NCBI RefSeq assembly: GCF_001194135.2
Contig: NC_068985.1
Span: forward strand, 25,377,833-25,441,832
Direction of reading: 5' to 3'
DNA length: 64,000 bases
Source of the DNA: Octopus bimaculoides
Lineage: Eukaryota
Every line of letters starts with the position of its first letter. The first letter of the stretch is position 1. A model generated the notes under the pieces. The model saw only the letters and a program-made list of their open reading frames with translations, made no database searches and was not told the origin of the DNA. The position numbers and the translations under genes are program-made. This document shows positions 62,293 to 64,000 of this stretch, one piece after another.

Positions 62293-63951
62293 CTAGAAAG
62301 AAGAGAAAAGGAATTTCAGAAACAATCTTTATAAGGTGTTTATTATAAGGTAAATTATTATAAGGTAAATTATGATATAAATTGATTCTTGGCAGTCTGT
62401 AATAATTGAATATAAGTGAAATTTCTCTCATGTCTACAAATTCTACATGCAATGCATGGATGAAGGTAGACATGTCCATGTTGATTCCTATTGTATCCAC
62501 AAGGTTTCAGGTTCAGTTCCTCTGTGACATCTTGTATTTTACTACGACTTTATGAAGTGAGTGATATTTGGTAAACAAAAACTAGATGGAAGTCCATTGT
62601 ACTTATATGTGGTGTATATGTGCATGAGTGTGCGCACGTGTGTGTGTGCATGCACATGTGTGCATTAGTGTGTAAGTAAGTATATGGTTCTACCGCCTTT
62701 GTAAATCTCACAGCTTTGGCAGTGGTGATGTTTATTTACATTACCCAAGAACAGGATGTCTTGGAACTGTGAAAAAGGCCAACAAAATAAAAGTGCCTTA
62801 CTTGATAAACATAGAAGGGTTGGTGACAGGAAGGGTACCTGATTATAAGATACTGCATCAAAATATTTTGCTCAACTCATGCTAGTATTGAAAAATTTGA
62901 TGATGACGATGACGATGATGACAATGATAATGTTGATGATGGTGATAGTGATAATGATGATGAGAAGGCAGAGGACGAATACACAAGCCAATGTGGAATC
63001 TTCTTCAGGGCTACATAACTTACTAGAAAAAGCTGCCAAATCACATTCAAATTGCACTCCACCATCTTGAAAATGGAGGTATACTTAAGATTATGTGACT
63101 CTTGATTTGCAATGCTTGAAAAAAAAGGTTGCGAATGATTGTAGCTGGGCATCAGAGCTAACTGAGGTTAGACATAACAACATATAAAGTATGATCAAAA
63201 TATTCGATTGCTGATTCAAGATATATTATCAACCATATATGTATTTAAATTCACTGCTGTAAGCTGCCAAATCATTGTGCAATCACTAAATAATGTGGAA
63301 TGTTGGATTTAGTTAAATGAAAACACCAGACTTACATCCATCTTTTCAATACCTACAGACATTCATTATCTAGAAAATGTGTTGACAGTTTCTAAGAAAA
63401 ATGAATGAGTTACTTAGAATATGTTCTTTTTTAAGCAAAACCATTCCCAACTATGACATTAAAGAAATGTTTCTTATAAGTAGGCACCTATGGGGTTTGA
63501 AAAAGAGACTTACAAATTACTATATTTAATATACTGGGGTAGCCATATATCTCTTCTATAGCAAGATGTTTGTTTCTGTCCTATCACATTTTAACCTCTC
63601 ATCACTTGACACACAAATCTTTCTCAGTTGAGTCTTGTGAGCTATTTTGTGGTCTCATGGATACTGGTGTCACATAAAAAGCATCCGGTACACTCTGTGA
63701 AGTGGTTGGTGTTAAGAAGGGCCAAAGCAGATATTGGGACTTAGCGCTGTCCTCTGGCTTGTCAGAACCTGCTGAACCATCCAACCCAATGCCAGCATAG
63801 AAAACAGATGTTAGATGGTGATGATGATGATGGAGAGGATTTTAACATTTAAGTTTGTCTCAGACTATCACAAAGAAAGAATTATGTAGATGCAAACTCT
63901 ATTCTGTTTTCTTATTAATAAAGAGAAGTTGCCAAAAATTTACACACACAC

Positions 63952-64000
<49 letters not shown>

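Noticed and set aside
63336-63352. 17-nt AG/GT-bounded segment upstream of exon 1
   Set aside because: It encodes no cadherin motif and extending it upstream meets a stop; the preceding true exon probably lies beyond 64000.

Overview
AT-rich, microsatellite-laden animal genomic DNA with several N gaps. Octopus (coleoid cephalopod) is inferred from the repeat landscape, not proven. One gene spans the whole window on the minus strand: a non-classical, single-pass cadherin-superfamily protein, open at both ends. I traced 22 exons by hand (62292 down to 692). All have AG/GT boundaries and join into one uninterrupted frame of 3098 nt (~1032 aa). The protein has ~7.5 cadherin (EC) repeats, a ~100-aa membrane-proximal domain, a TM helix and the start of a cytoplasmic tail. 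Six of the seven visible EC-EC linkers lack canonical Ca2+ ligands, the first 11 exons are symmetric phase-0 modules, and a 6-nt microexon candidate sits at 14521-14526. The introns are filled with mobile DNA: four abutting Tc1/mariner relics (DD37D and DD34D), two more mariners, R4/Dong-like retrotransposon fragments lodged in (TAA)n tracts, RTE and CR1/L2-like LINE ends, several tRNA-derived SINE families, piggyBac-like and Harbinger-like MITEs and a Helentron/HINE-like element. No rRNA, true tRNA or CRISPR was found. Most listed ORFs are microsatellite, gap or TE artefacts. All coordinates were read by eye; repeat boundaries are approximate.
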